The translations under genes and the position numbers were made by a program. This document shows positions 38,583 to 48,069 of a stretch of 64,000 nucleotides of DNA, piece after piece (position 1 is the stretch's first letter; every line of letters starts with the position of its first letter). The stretch spans positions 832,001 to 896,000 of the forward strand of contig OZ241867.1 in the NCBI GenBank assembly GCA_965203175.1, in the 5' to 3' direction. This DNA is from Candidatus Latescibacterota bacterium. GTDB taxonomy: Bacteria > Latescibacterota > UBA2968 > UBA8231. Below the pieces are notes generated by a model that did not search any database, was not told the origin of the DNA, and saw only the letters and a list, made by a program, of their open reading frames with translations.

Positions 38583-40319
38583 ATGCCCGACCAGACCGAC
38601 CCCATCCAATTCGAGGTCATTCGCAACGCCCTGCTCGAAGCCACCGAGGAGATGGCCATTGCCCTTCGGCGCAGCGCCTATTCGACCAACATCAAAACCC
38701 GCGCCGATTTCTCCTGCGCCTTTTTCGACCGCCAATTGCGACCCGTCGCCCAGGCCTTTACCCAGCCAGTGCACCTCGGCTCGCTGACAATCCTCACGCC
38801 CCGCGCAGTCGCCGAATACGGCCCTGAAAACTTGCAGGCCGGGGACGCGATCCTCGTCAACGACCCCTATCGCGGCGGAGTTCACCTCAATGACATCACG
38901 CTGATTTCGCCCGTCTATTGCGGCGCGGAACTCTTTGGCTATGTAGCCAATCTCGCCCATCACGTCGATGTCGGCGGCGGTGCGCCGGCCAGCATTGGAG
39001 CCTTCCAGCAGGTGTATCAGGAGGGCATCATCATCCCTCCGGTAAAGCTAGTGCACGGCGGAGAAATCTCAGCCGATGTCTTTGAGCTGGTCATCGCCCA
39101 GATCCGCTCCAAGCGCGAGACGCGCGGCGACTTTCGCGCCCAGGTAGCGGCTAATCATTCGGGGATTCGCCGGCTCAATGCCCTCGCCGAACAGGTGGGA
39201 TTGGCGCAGGCGTCTTTCTACATGGATCGGCTCATCGACTACACCAGAGAGCGGACGCTAGCCGAACTAGCCAAGTTGCCCAAGGGGGAGTTCACGGCCA
39301 CAGGCGTCGTCGATAACGACGGCTTTACCGACGAGCCAGTGCGGCTCCAAGTCCGCGTCGCTATCGACGACGAAGGGGTGCTCTTCGACCTGACGGGGTG
39401 CGATCCGCAGCGCCGGGCACCGGTCAATTCCACGTACTCTCAGACCTTTGCGGCTTGCGCCTATGTCCTCAAGTGCCTGATCGACCAAGACGTGCCGGTC
39501 AACGCCGGCTTCTACGAACAGGTGCGGCTCGTAGCTCCCGAGGGGACGGTCGTCAATTGCACGGCACCCTCGCCGGTAGTCGGGGGTTGGGAGACCCAAG
39601 TGCGGCTCTCCGATATCATTCTCAAGGCACTGCATCCGGCGCTGCCCCATAAGATACCGGCCGCAACCAAGGGGACGATGTGCCAAGTCGGCTTCGGCGG
39701 TACCGACCCGCGCACGGGGCAGCTTTATTCCTACTACGAGACCATGGCCGGCGGCTATGGGGGGCGCAGTACCAAGGACGGGCCAGACGCCGTGCAGTGC
39801 CACGGTCAAAACACCGAAAACGCGCCGATTGAGGAAATCGAAATCAACTACCCGCTGCGGATCGACCGCTATGAGCTGATAGAGGACTCAGAGGGGGCCG
39901 GACAGTATCGCGGCGGATTGGGGCTGCGGCGCGATTACCGATTTATCGATCACGAAGTGTCCTTTACCGTTCTGTCAGACCGAGACCGCTGGGGGCCGGA
40001 AGGGCTGGCTGGGGGTCAAGCCGGGGGCAAAGCGCGTTATATCCTCGACCCCAAAGGCCAGCACGTCGAGCTAGGGTCCAAAACGACGATTGCACTCGCG
40101 GCCGACACAGTCTTCAGCTACCGCACTTGCGGCGGCGGCGGCTATGGCCCACCCCATCAGCGCGATCCCCAAACGGTGGCCGAGGATGTGCGCGAGGGCA
40201 AGGTGAGCGCAGAGCGAGCGCGAGACGAGTACGGCGTAGTCATCGACAGCGCCACCGGGCAAGTCGATCAAGCGGCGACCGAGGTGCGGCGGCAGGAGAT
40301 GGCAGGCGATGGCCTATAG
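38583..40319 (+). CDS. Hydantoinase B/oxoprolinase family protein
   Basis: DFSCA, PVHLGS, NDPYRGGVHLND, HHVDVGG, GGGGYG. Confidence 0.92.
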   Translation: MPDQTDPIQFEVIRNALLEATEEMAIALRRSAYSTNIKTRADFSCAFFDRQLRPVAQAFTQPVHLGSLTILTPRAVAEYGPENLQAGDAILVNDPYRGGVHLNDITLISPVYCGAELFGYVANLAHHVDVGGGAPASIGAFQQVYQEGIIIPPVKLVHGGEISADVFELVIAQIRSKRETRGDFRAQVAANHSGIRRLNALAEQVGLAQASFYMDRLIDYTRERTLAELAKLPKGEFTATGVVDNDGFTDEPVRLQVRVAIDDEGVLFDLTGCDPQRRAPVNSTYSQTFAACAYVLKCLIDQDVPVNAGFYEQVRLVAPEGTVVNCTAPSPVVGGWETQVRLSDIILKALHPALPHKIPAATKGTMCQVGFGGTDPRTGQLYSYYETMAGGYGGRSTKDGPDAVQCHGQNTENAPIEEIEINYPLRIDRYELIEDSEGAGQYRGGLGLRRDYRFIDHEVSFTVLSDRDRWGPEGLAGGQAGGKARYILDPKGQHVELGSKTTIALAADTVFSYRTCGGGGYGPPHQRDPQTVAEDVREGKVSAERARDEYGVVIDSATGQVDQAATEVRRQEMAGDGL

Positions 40320-42405
40320 ACTCGGCGTCGATATCGGCGGTACCTTTACCGACATCGCACTCATCGACGAAGCGACCGGGCAAATCTATACCGGCAAAGT
40401 CTCCTCAACCCCCCAAGACCCATCCGGCGGGTTCATGGAAGCCGTGCAGCGGCTGCTCGCCAAGCAGCAGATCGCCGCCCAAGACGTGGCCTACATCGTC
40501 CACGGCACCACAGTCGCCACCAACGCCATCATCGAAGGCAAGGTCGCGCCGACCGGCTTTATCACCACCGAGGGCTTCCGCGATATGCTGGAAATCGCCC
40601 GCCAGATTCGCCCCACCCTCTACGACTTGCAGTTTGAAAAACCCCGGCCGCTCGTACCGCGCCACCGCTGTTTCGGCGTGCCCGAGCGCCTCGACGCCAG
40701 CGGCGCAGAGCTGACACCGCTCGACGAAGACGCCCTGCGCCAAGTAGCCGGCAAGCTGCGCGACGAGGGCGTCGAATCCATCGCCGTCTGCTTTTTGCAC
40801 GCCTACGCCAATCCCGTCCACGAGCATCGGGCCGGAGAGATTCTCGCCGAAGTTTTCCCAGAGGCCGTCGTCTCGCTGTCCGCGGAAGTTGCACCCGAGT
40901 TCCGCGAGTACTTGCGGGCCAGCACGACCGTAATCAATAGCTGCATCCGCCCAGTGGTCGCGCGCTATTTGCAGCGGATCGAAGATCGGTTGGCACAGGC
41001 CGGTATCGCCGCTGAGCTGCTCGTAATGCAGAGCAGCGGCGGGGTGTACACCTTTGCGGCAGCGCGGCAAAAGCCAGTGTATATGGTCGAATCCGGTCCG
41101 GCCGCCGGGGTGATCGCCGCGGCGCATCTGGGACAGGCGCGGGGCTACGACCAAGTGATTTCCTTCGACATGGGCGGCACGACCGCCAAAGCCGGGCTGA
41201 TTCAGGGCGGTACGCCCAGCGTGACCAAGGACTACGAGGTCGGGACGACGGCGCAAACAGGCGTCGGGGCGACTCGCGGGGCCGGCTATCCAATCCGTAC
41301 ACCAGTAATCGACCTCGTAGAAATCGGCGCGGGTGGCGGGTCCATCGCCTGGGTAGATCCCGGCGGTATCCTCCGAGTCGGCCCTCAAAGCGCCGGGGCC
41401 GATCCCGGGCCGGTCTGCTATGGCCAAGGCGGGACGCAACCCACGGTCACCGACGCCAACCTCGTATTGGGACGGCTCAACCCAAGCTATTTCCTCGGCG
41501 GCGAAATCGCCCTCGACCCGGCGGCCGCGCAACGCGCCATTGAACAACACTGCGCCCAGCCGCTGGGCATGGACTTAGTCGAAGCTGCCCACGGCATCGT
41601 CGAGATTGCCAACACCGCCATGGTCAACGCCCTGCGGCTAGTCTCCGTCCAGCGCGGCTACGACCCGCGCGACTTCGCGCTGGTAGCTTTCGGCGGCGCT
41701 GGGCCAGCCCACGCCAACCGCCTCGCCGCCCTAACCGAGATTCCCGTGGCGATCATTCCCCAAAGTCCAGGTACAGCTTCAGCTCTAGGACTGTTGGTGA
41801 CGGACTTAAAACACGATTACGCGACCACGCTCATCCAGCGATTGGACCAAGTAGTTCCCCAAGCCTTGGAGCAGACCTTCCGCGAGTTAGAGGCGCAGGG
41901 GCGGGAAACGCTGGGGCGCGAGGGGATGGCCGAAGCGGCAATGGACTTCAGACGCCAAGTAGATCTGCGCTACGTTGGGCAAAGTCACGAGCTGACGCTG
42001 CCGTTGACAACCGAAGCCTTGGGCCCAGCGCAGCTAGCGCAGCTATTGGAACAGTTCCACCGCACGCACGATCGCGCCTATGGCTTTAGCGCGCCGGGCG
42101 AGGACGTCGAACTGGTCAGTGTGCGGCTCTCAGCCATCGGCCAGATCGCCAAACCCGCGCTAGCACCGCTGGCAAAGGCAACCGGAGAGGCGACGGCCAA
42201 AGGACAGCGCCCAGTGTATTTCGCCGAGAGCAAGGGATACGTCGATTGCCCGGTGTACGACCGCTATGCACTGGGAGCTGGTGCGGTAGTGCAAGGCCCG
42301 GCCATAGTCGAGGAAATCGATTCAACCACCGTCGTCCATCCCCAGTACCAAGTGCGCGTGGACGAGGTTGGTCAGATGGTGCTAACAGCGGCAGAAGCGC
42401 ATTAA
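40309..42405 (+). CDS. Hydantoinase A/oxoprolinase family protein
   Basis: GVDIGGTFTD, HGTTVATN, SGPAAG, DMGGTT, GAGGGS, FGGAGP. Confidence 0.93.
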   Translation: MAYRLGVDIGGTFTDIALIDEATGQIYTGKVSSTPQDPSGGFMEAVQRLLAKQQIAAQDVAYIVHGTTVATNAIIEGKVAPTGFITTEGFRDMLEIARQIRPTLYDLQFEKPRPLVPRHRCFGVPERLDASGAELTPLDEDALRQVAGKLRDEGVESIAVCFLHAYANPVHEHRAGEILAEVFPEAVVSLSAEVAPEFREYLRASTTVINSCIRPVVARYLQRIEDRLAQAGIAAELLVMQSSGGVYTFAAARQKPVYMVESGPAAGVIAAAHLGQARGYDQVISFDMGGTTAKAGLIQGGTPSVTKDYEVGTTAQTGVGATRGAGYPIRTPVIDLVEIGAGGGSIAWVDPGGILRVGPQSAGADPGPVCYGQGGTQPTVTDANLVLGRLNPSYFLGGEIALDPAAAQRAIEQHCAQPLGMDLVEAAHGIVEIANTAMVNALRLVSVQRGYDPRDFALVAFGGAGPAHANRLAALTEIPVAIIPQSPGTASALGLLVTDLKHDYATTLIQRLDQVVPQALEQTFRELEAQGRETLGREGMAEAAMDFRRQVDLRYVGQSHELTLPLTTEALGPAQLAQLLEQFHRTHDRAYGFSAPGEDVELVSVRLSAIGQIAKPALAPLAKATGEATAKGQRPVYFAESKGYVDCPVYDRYALGAGAVVQGPAIVEEIDSTTVVHPQYQVRVDEVGQMVLTAAEAH

Positions 42406-42415
42406 AACACTACTA

Positions 42416-43420
42416 ATGACCTGGGGCCGAACATACCTGTGGATCGCCATACTGATCTTCGCCGCCGCCGCTTCAGTAGTGGCCCGCCTCGTCGAAATCG
42501 GCGAAGCAAACCTGATAGACGGCCGCAATCCCATCTCCTTTTGCAACCTGCTTTTCGCCGGCAATCTCGTAGCGGCACTAACCCTGTTCGCCCTCAATCA
42601 CCGGGAATGGTGCCCCATCCATCTGCGCGCCCTCTCGCGTCGGCAATGGCTGATCCAGACGGCCTTGGCCCTTACCTCCGGCGCGATAGCCCCGGCCATG
42701 ATGTTCACGGCCATCGCCCACACCTCCGTCACCAATATCGTCCTGATCGAGACCATAGAAATTCCCCTCGTCCTGTTGTTAGCTTGGCTGCTGTATCGAG
42801 AGAAATCGAACTGGACGGCCGTACTGGGGGCCTTGTGCGCCCTCGCCGGCGTGGCCACAACTCTCGTTCTGCAAATGGACGCGTCGCCAGAGAGCATGGC
42901 CGCAGCGCGGATGCAGGGCGGCGTGGGCTACGGTGAATTCTTTGCCGCCGCCGCTACTGTGCTGCTCGTCTGCGGTGCCGAGATCGGCCGCAAACAACTC
43001 CAGACCATCCCCTTGGGCATCTTCAGCGTCTTCCGCAACCTCGTCGGCGCGCTCTTCTTCCTCGGAATTGGCCTATACGTTTTCGGCCTTGCACACTTCG
43101 CCGACATCTTCTCCCCGCTGCTCTGGGGCTGGATGCTGCTGTACGGAGGGATCGTAGTGGCTTGCGGTCAGTTGGCGTGGTTTGCCGGCATCAAGCGCGT
43201 GCGCCCGGCCGACATTGCCACAGCGTCGTCCTTCTCGCCAGTGGCCGGCGTGCTCTTCGCCGGTCTCATCTTGGGCGAGGTGCCCATGCCCGCCCAGCTC
43301 ATCGGCGGCGGCATAATCCTCGCGGGCATTGCCATCGCCCTGTGGGGCGAACTGCGCGCCGACCGCCCGACGCGGCCACCTAAGACCGACGACAAGGCCA
43401 AAGCCTTCACCGGTGTCTGA
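42416..43420 (+). CDS. DMT/EamA family transporter
   Basis: About 10 TM helices in two EamA repeats; C-terminal LGE motif. Confidence 0.85.
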   Translation: MTWGRTYLWIAILIFAAAASVVARLVEIGEANLIDGRNPISFCNLLFAGNLVAALTLFALNHREWCPIHLRALSRRQWLIQTALALTSGAIAPAMMFTAIAHTSVTNIVLIETIEIPLVLLLAWLLYREKSNWTAVLGALCALAGVATTLVLQMDASPESMAAARMQGGVGYGEFFAAAATVLLVCGAEIGRKQLQTIPLGIFSVFRNLVGALFFLGIGLYVFGLAHFADIFSPLLWGWMLLYGGIVVACGQLAWFAGIKRVRPADIATASSFSPVAGVLFAGLILGEVPMPAQLIGGGIILAGIAIALWGELRADRPTRPPKTDDKAKAFTGV

Positions 43421-43480
43421 TTAGCGGTTAGTGCCCGCACCAAGGTTGGGCTGGCACTAACCGCTAACCGCTAAACCGCT
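43421..43480. terminator. Long hairpin with ACCGCTA heptamer repeats between convergent genes
   Basis: TTAGCGGTTAGTGCC (43421) pairs with GGCACTAACCGCTAA (43453); further ACCGCT copies follow. Confidence 0.7.
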
Positions 43481-43493
43481 GTAAAACAGCTTC

Positions 43494-45266
43494 TCACTCG
43501 TCGAAGTAGGGATGCGCGGACACGGGCGCTTTGGGAATCTCGCCGCTCGGCGGCTTGAGCGTGATATCCTCGAACAGGACCATGCGAGGCGTGACGATAC
43601 TCACGGGGACTTCACTTCCCCGCCCGCCGTAAAAGGGCGAGGAGTTGCCCTCCGAGCGAAAGGGAACGGTGTTGACCGCGTGCGTCTTGGACACCTTCAC
43701 AATGTCCTTGAAGGTATAGAGGCCAATGCCCGCAAATTCCGCATTGCGCACTAACTCCTCGCGGCCGTCGAGATAGACTTTATAGACGAAGATCGCGTTT
43801 GCCAGCTTGTTTTCGTCGTCGGAAGAACCGGGAGAAAAGAAGATAACTTGGGAGTCGGAAGCCTTGTACGACGAGTTGGCAATGTGGGTGACGATGTAGC
43901 CGTACTGTTTCTTCTGCCGTTTGATCAGTTTGAAAAATTCCTTGCGGATGTTCTTTTCGCTCGAGCCCTTCTCCGCCTCAACCAAGATATTGCTGGGAGC
44001 AACGCCCGGACCGCGGCGACTGCCCGTGCTCTGGTCAATGCCGCGCACGGGCGTGCGCGTCGTCAGCAAGGTCTCCAACACGCCCTTCTGCACTAGGCGC
44101 ACCGGGCGCGCCGGCACGCCTTCGTCGTCAACCCGGTAGCCGCCCAACAAGGGCTGCTTTTTATACGCGTCCATGAGCGGCGCGGCGCGCACGCTGAGGA
44201 ATTCGGGCAGAACGCGCACGCCAATCTTGTCGAGGAAAGGGTTTTCCTTCTTCTGGGGATAGTAGCTTGCGTATCGCGGATTGTCGGACAACGCCCGGCG
44301 CGGCGCTAACACGTAGGGCACAAACCCCTGATTGAACAGCTCTGTGGCAGCTTGGCCCGAGAAGATCACGGGGCCGGTATAGCGCTCGACCAGCGGCGCT
44401 TGGCGCAACTGCTTCAGACGCTCGCCCATGGCATTGATCTGCGCGGCCAGCTCGTCGTCGCCGGGCAGGTCTTCCGGCGAACGGGCGTACACCGCGACGA
44501 AGTCCTCCAACGGCATACCGTCAGGAGCTTGGGTAGCGGCGACTGCGGTGAAGGTCAGCGACGAACTCGTGCGGGAAAAGGAAGAGCCTTCGCTGTTGAG
44601 GTAGCGGACCGAGGTGTTGGACCCGTTGAGACGGACCCGCGAAGTGTAGATGTCGGGCATCTCGCGGAACAGGTCCGAGAGCTGGCGCACTCGCTGGTCC
44701 AGCGCGTCGAGATCCAAGACGGCGGGCGCCATTTCGTCCACTTCAGTAGCGGGCTTCTCCCTGCTGAAATCGGGAATTTCCTCGGTGCGGGTTTTGTTCT
44801 GCAAGGTGGCGCGCTTCCTCGCCAAATCTTCGAGCGCCTTCTTGTAGGCACCGTCGGTGGCCAGCCAAATCTTGCGCCGCAACTCGTCGTAGTCATCTTC
44901 GAGGGGCAATTGCATGCTGCCCCCGTACATGCGCACCACGCCCGTACCGCCGAAGGAGAACGAGCGGAAGTTGGTGTTGTCGAGATCGTAGTCGCCGACT
45001 CGCACTTCGACGCTGAGTTCGCGCGAGTGCCCCTCGCCGCTGTTGAGCAGACTGCCGAAGGTCGCCGAACTGCCCTTGGACTTCACTTCGCTCACGAGGT
45101 AGGAAACAAAGTAGGGCTGCTCTAGGTCTTCGAGTTGGAGTTTCTGCATCGAGCGCGCCAATTCGTCGCGCAGGGCGCGCTGCAGAACGTCGTCTTCAGC
45201 GTGGACGGAGGAAAACGCTAGGAAAGTAGCAGTCGTCAGAATGTAGATAGAGAACCTTTTGCACAT
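43494..45266 (-). CDS. TldE/PmbA-like subunit with signal peptide
   Basis: VRVGDY..DN, YTGPVIF, DDEGVP, PSN motifs; no HExxxH; signal peptide ending VHA. Confidence 0.8.
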   Translation of the reverse strand: MCKRFSIYILTTATFLAFSSVHAEDDVLQRALRDELARSMQKLQLEDLEQPYFVSYLVSEVKSKGSSATFGSLLNSGEGHSRELSVEVRVGDYDLDNTNFRSFSFGGTGVVRMYGGSMQLPLEDDYDELRRKIWLATDGAYKKALEDLARKRATLQNKTRTEEIPDFSREKPATEVDEMAPAVLDLDALDQRVRQLSDLFREMPDIYTSRVRLNGSNTSVRYLNSEGSSFSRTSSSLTFTAVAATQAPDGMPLEDFVAVYARSPEDLPGDDELAAQINAMGERLKQLRQAPLVERYTGPVIFSGQAATELFNQGFVPYVLAPRRALSDNPRYASYYPQKKENPFLDKIGVRVLPEFLSVRAAPLMDAYKKQPLLGGYRVDDEGVPARPVRLVQKGVLETLLTTRTPVRGIDQSTGSRRGPGVAPSNILVEAEKGSSEKNIRKEFFKLIKRQKKQYGYIVTHIANSSYKASDSQVIFFSPGSSDDENKLANAIFVYKVYLDGREELVRNAEFAGIGLYTFKDIVKVSKTHAVNTVPFRSEGNSSPFYGGRGSEVPVSIVTPRMVLFEDITLKPPSGEIPKAPVSAHPYFDE

Positions 45267-45295
45267 GGTATAGCTCCTGCCGGATGGGAGAGGAC

Positions 45296-47086
45296 TCAAA
45301 GGAGGTCGTCCGCTTCTTCTTCAGCGGACTCGGGAAAAGGTGCTTCGAGGATGGGCCGGCGCTCTTGGGACTTATCCTTCTTCTGCACTTCAATCTGCGA
45401 GATGAAAATGCCAGGAGACACCGCAGCCACGGGCACGCCTCCCGACTCAGCGCCGCAGATCCCGTTGAACACATCGGGCTGATCGTCGCCCGCGGCGATC
45501 TGGCTAAAGGCGGTGAGCGGCGTACCGATCAAATCAACTCCGCGCACTAGTTCCTCGCGCCCATCGGTGTAAATTCGGTACACCATAATGGGCAGCACGT
45601 TGAAGGCGTTGGGTATGGTGCGGCCCGTGATGGTGAAGCCCCCCTGGATGTCCTCGAAGTAGAGACCGAATTCCTTGTCCTCCATGCGGCACTGTTCGAT
45701 GAGCATTTCCTTGAGCTGGTCCCGGGTCAGCGGCTCCGAGGTCTCGACGATGAGGTTGGACTGGCGCGCCACCGGGGTGTAGCCCGCCTGCTTGCGTCCG
45801 TGGCCGTTGGAGTTGGGAAAATTCTCGATCGGCGAGCGCGACATGAGAAAGCGGCGGAAAATCCCATTCTCAACCACGGCCACCCTCCGTCCCTTGACCC
45901 CCTGATTGTCGTATGCGTAGGCCCCCACCAGATCCTTGCCGGCGCTGCTCGTCTGGGTGGGGTCGAAATACACCGAGAAGGTCTCGGGCAGGACTTTCTC
46001 CCCTATTTTCTTCTTAAAGGTCTGGCCTTCGTCCTCGCGCTTCTGACGGTGGCCCTCGATGCGATGCCCGAAAATTTCGTGGAACAGGACGCCGCTGGCG
46101 CGGCCCGAGAGAATCGCTGGACCCGTGTAGGGAGCCACCACCGGGGCGTCGCGCAGAGCGTGCAAATCGGCGATCATGTCCTCCACCAAGACGAGGACCT
46201 CCTCGTCGCTGGGCAGGCCCTCTGGGGCAAAGGCCGAGAAGGATTCGTAGCGCGGCAACTCCATGCCGTCGTCGGCCTTGGTGAAGGCGTAGATGAACAG
46301 GCGGTAGAGCACCTGCGAGGTCTGGAGCTCGCTGCCCTCGCTGTTGACGTATTGGCGAGTCGAGATATTGGCCGAGAGGCTGGCCCTGGCTTCGTAGATG
46401 TCGCCGTATTGGGCGAAGGGGGCCGTATAGTTCTTGAGCTTGGCCTCCCACTCGGCGCGGGAGATGTCAAAGGAGGCGGGGGCTTCCACGTAGCGCTCGA
46501 CCGGCTCCTTGGAGAAATCGTCCGACTGGTCTTCCTCTTCCACCTTGACCTGGACGTTGGTCTTGACTGTGGTCAGTTGTTCGATGGCGCGCTTGTACTT
46601 TTTGTCGGTGTGGTACCACAGCACGCTGCGGATGGCGTCTGGATCGTCCTCAATGGGAATTTCGATCATCGAATAGCGGTCGGAGAAATTGCTAGGGCCG
46701 CCGCGCACCTGATGCGTATTGTCGAAGGCATAGTCTCCCACGCGCAGATCGATGTCGAGCTGGCGGCGGCGCGATTCATTGCTGTAGGTCAGCACCCCAA
46801 AGGAGGCGCTGACATTGACCCCTTCCGTCTCCGTGATTTCGTAGCTGAGATAGTAAGGCGGAACCGGCTGCTCCTTGAGCAAACCAAAGGAGCGGGTCAA
46901 TTCCTCCTGCATGGCCTGCAGCGTAGGACTAGGCGAGCCCTCCACAATAGCACCCTCAAATACGGCACGTCTGGCAGTCTCCTTGTCATATCCTTTCAGT
47001 GGGGAAGGGGTCTCAGCCCAAACGCCAGTCGCAGTGAACGCGGCGCAGACGAGGCCAAGGCATAGAAGTCTGGAAAGCGATCTCAT
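45296..47086 (-). CDS. tldD: TldD family metalloprotease with signal peptide
   Basis: FHEIFGHRIEG, YDNQGV, NGHGR, RQSNL, CGAESGGVPV; start MRSLSRLL with signal peptide ending VWA. Confidence 0.85.
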   Translation of the reverse strand: MRSLSRLLCLGLVCAAFTATGVWAETPSPLKGYDKETARRAVFEGAIVEGSPSPTLQAMQEELTRSFGLLKEQPVPPYYLSYEITETEGVNVSASFGVLTYSNESRRRQLDIDLRVGDYAFDNTHQVRGGPSNFSDRYSMIEIPIEDDPDAIRSVLWYHTDKKYKRAIEQLTTVKTNVQVKVEEEDQSDDFSKEPVERYVEAPASFDISRAEWEAKLKNYTAPFAQYGDIYEARASLSANISTRQYVNSEGSELQTSQVLYRLFIYAFTKADDGMELPRYESFSAFAPEGLPSDEEVLVLVEDMIADLHALRDAPVVAPYTGPAILSGRASGVLFHEIFGHRIEGHRQKREDEGQTFKKKIGEKVLPETFSVYFDPTQTSSAGKDLVGAYAYDNQGVKGRRVAVVENGIFRRFLMSRSPIENFPNSNGHGRKQAGYTPVARQSNLIVETSEPLTRDQLKEMLIEQCRMEDKEFGLYFEDIQGGFTITGRTIPNAFNVLPIMVYRIYTDGREELVRGVDLIGTPLTAFSQIAAGDDQPDVFNGICGAESGGVPVAAVSPGIFISQIEVQKKDKSQERRPILEAPFPESAEEEADDLL

Positions 47087-47368
47087 TGGCGTACCTCTCT
47101 TTGGTTTAGCGCAGAAACTTTCTGCACGTTGGCAACTTCGCCGATCATAAGTAGGGATGAAATAAGAAGGTAAGAAGATACAGGGATGTACGCGCCCATT
47201 TCGAACGGTTGATGGGAAGGTTTCGGGTGGCATCAGTAGGTCGGGAGTCTGTCCTACAAAGACCTTTCCATCTAGGACCAGACTCCTTGTGGGAATGCGA
47301 GTTCCCTTGGCCATTGTCTCCCAATCCCGCTCCCAACCGCTTAGACGACGTGATACGCGGGCGAGATG

Positions 47369-47998
47369 CTACACCCGCTCGGCCTGGGGTTCGGCCGCTC
47401 CGTGGGTGTGATCCCACAAATGTCCTCGCCGCTTCTGGCCTTCTAGCGTCGTTTCAAAGTACACCCCTCGCACCGACTCATGCACCAACGGCATATCGTG
47501 ATGATGCCCCATGCCCGTAGCAAGGCAGTCGCCCGGCTTCATTTCGTACGCCTTGCCCTCGGAAACGGCGCGAGCCTGACCTTCCAAGATGATCCAATAC
47601 TCGTCGCAGTCGTGAAAGTGGCTATCGAAATTGGTCCATTTCTCGTACGGGACCGGATCGCCCTTATCCTCGGGCTGAGGGCTGTTGTCCATGTTGAAGA
47701 TCCCCGAGCCACCCGTCTCCGCTCCCCAGCGTCCGCAAAAGCGCACCAGCGTAGCCGCCTCTTCTACCTCCAATACTTCAAAAGTCCCCGGACCGACCAA
47801 ATCCAGATTGGCACCCGTGGCAGCTTCCACCTCCTCAGCACCCACCTGCAGCCGGCAACTTCCCCTTCCCACAATTAGTTTCTCCACCTTGCTACGACGC
47901 GCAAAGCAGTGTTCATCGCCTGCGTCGAGCCGCATGACCTCAAAGTGCTCCAACTCGCACCAATCGGGGTACTGGTCTTCACTTCTGAACATCGGCAT
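47369..47998 (-). CDS. Cupin domain protein
   Basis: HFHDCDEYW..HHD metal-binding cupin motifs. Confidence 0.82.
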   Translation of the reverse strand: MPMFRSEDQYPDWCELEHFEVMRLDAGDEHCFARRSKVEKLIVGRGSCRLQVGAEEVEAATGANLDLVGPGTFEVLEVEEAATLVRFCGRWGAETGGSGIFNMDNSPQPEDKGDPVPYEKWTNFDSHFHDCDEYWIILEGQARAVSEGKAYEMKPGDCLATGMGHHHDMPLVHESVRGVYFETTLEGQKRRGHLWDHTHGAAEPQAERV

Positions 47999-48069
47999 AA
48001 CTTTCTTCCTTCTCTCCGTGTTTAAAAGGTTTTAGAGTATTATGTCGCATATAACATTGGGGAGAACGG

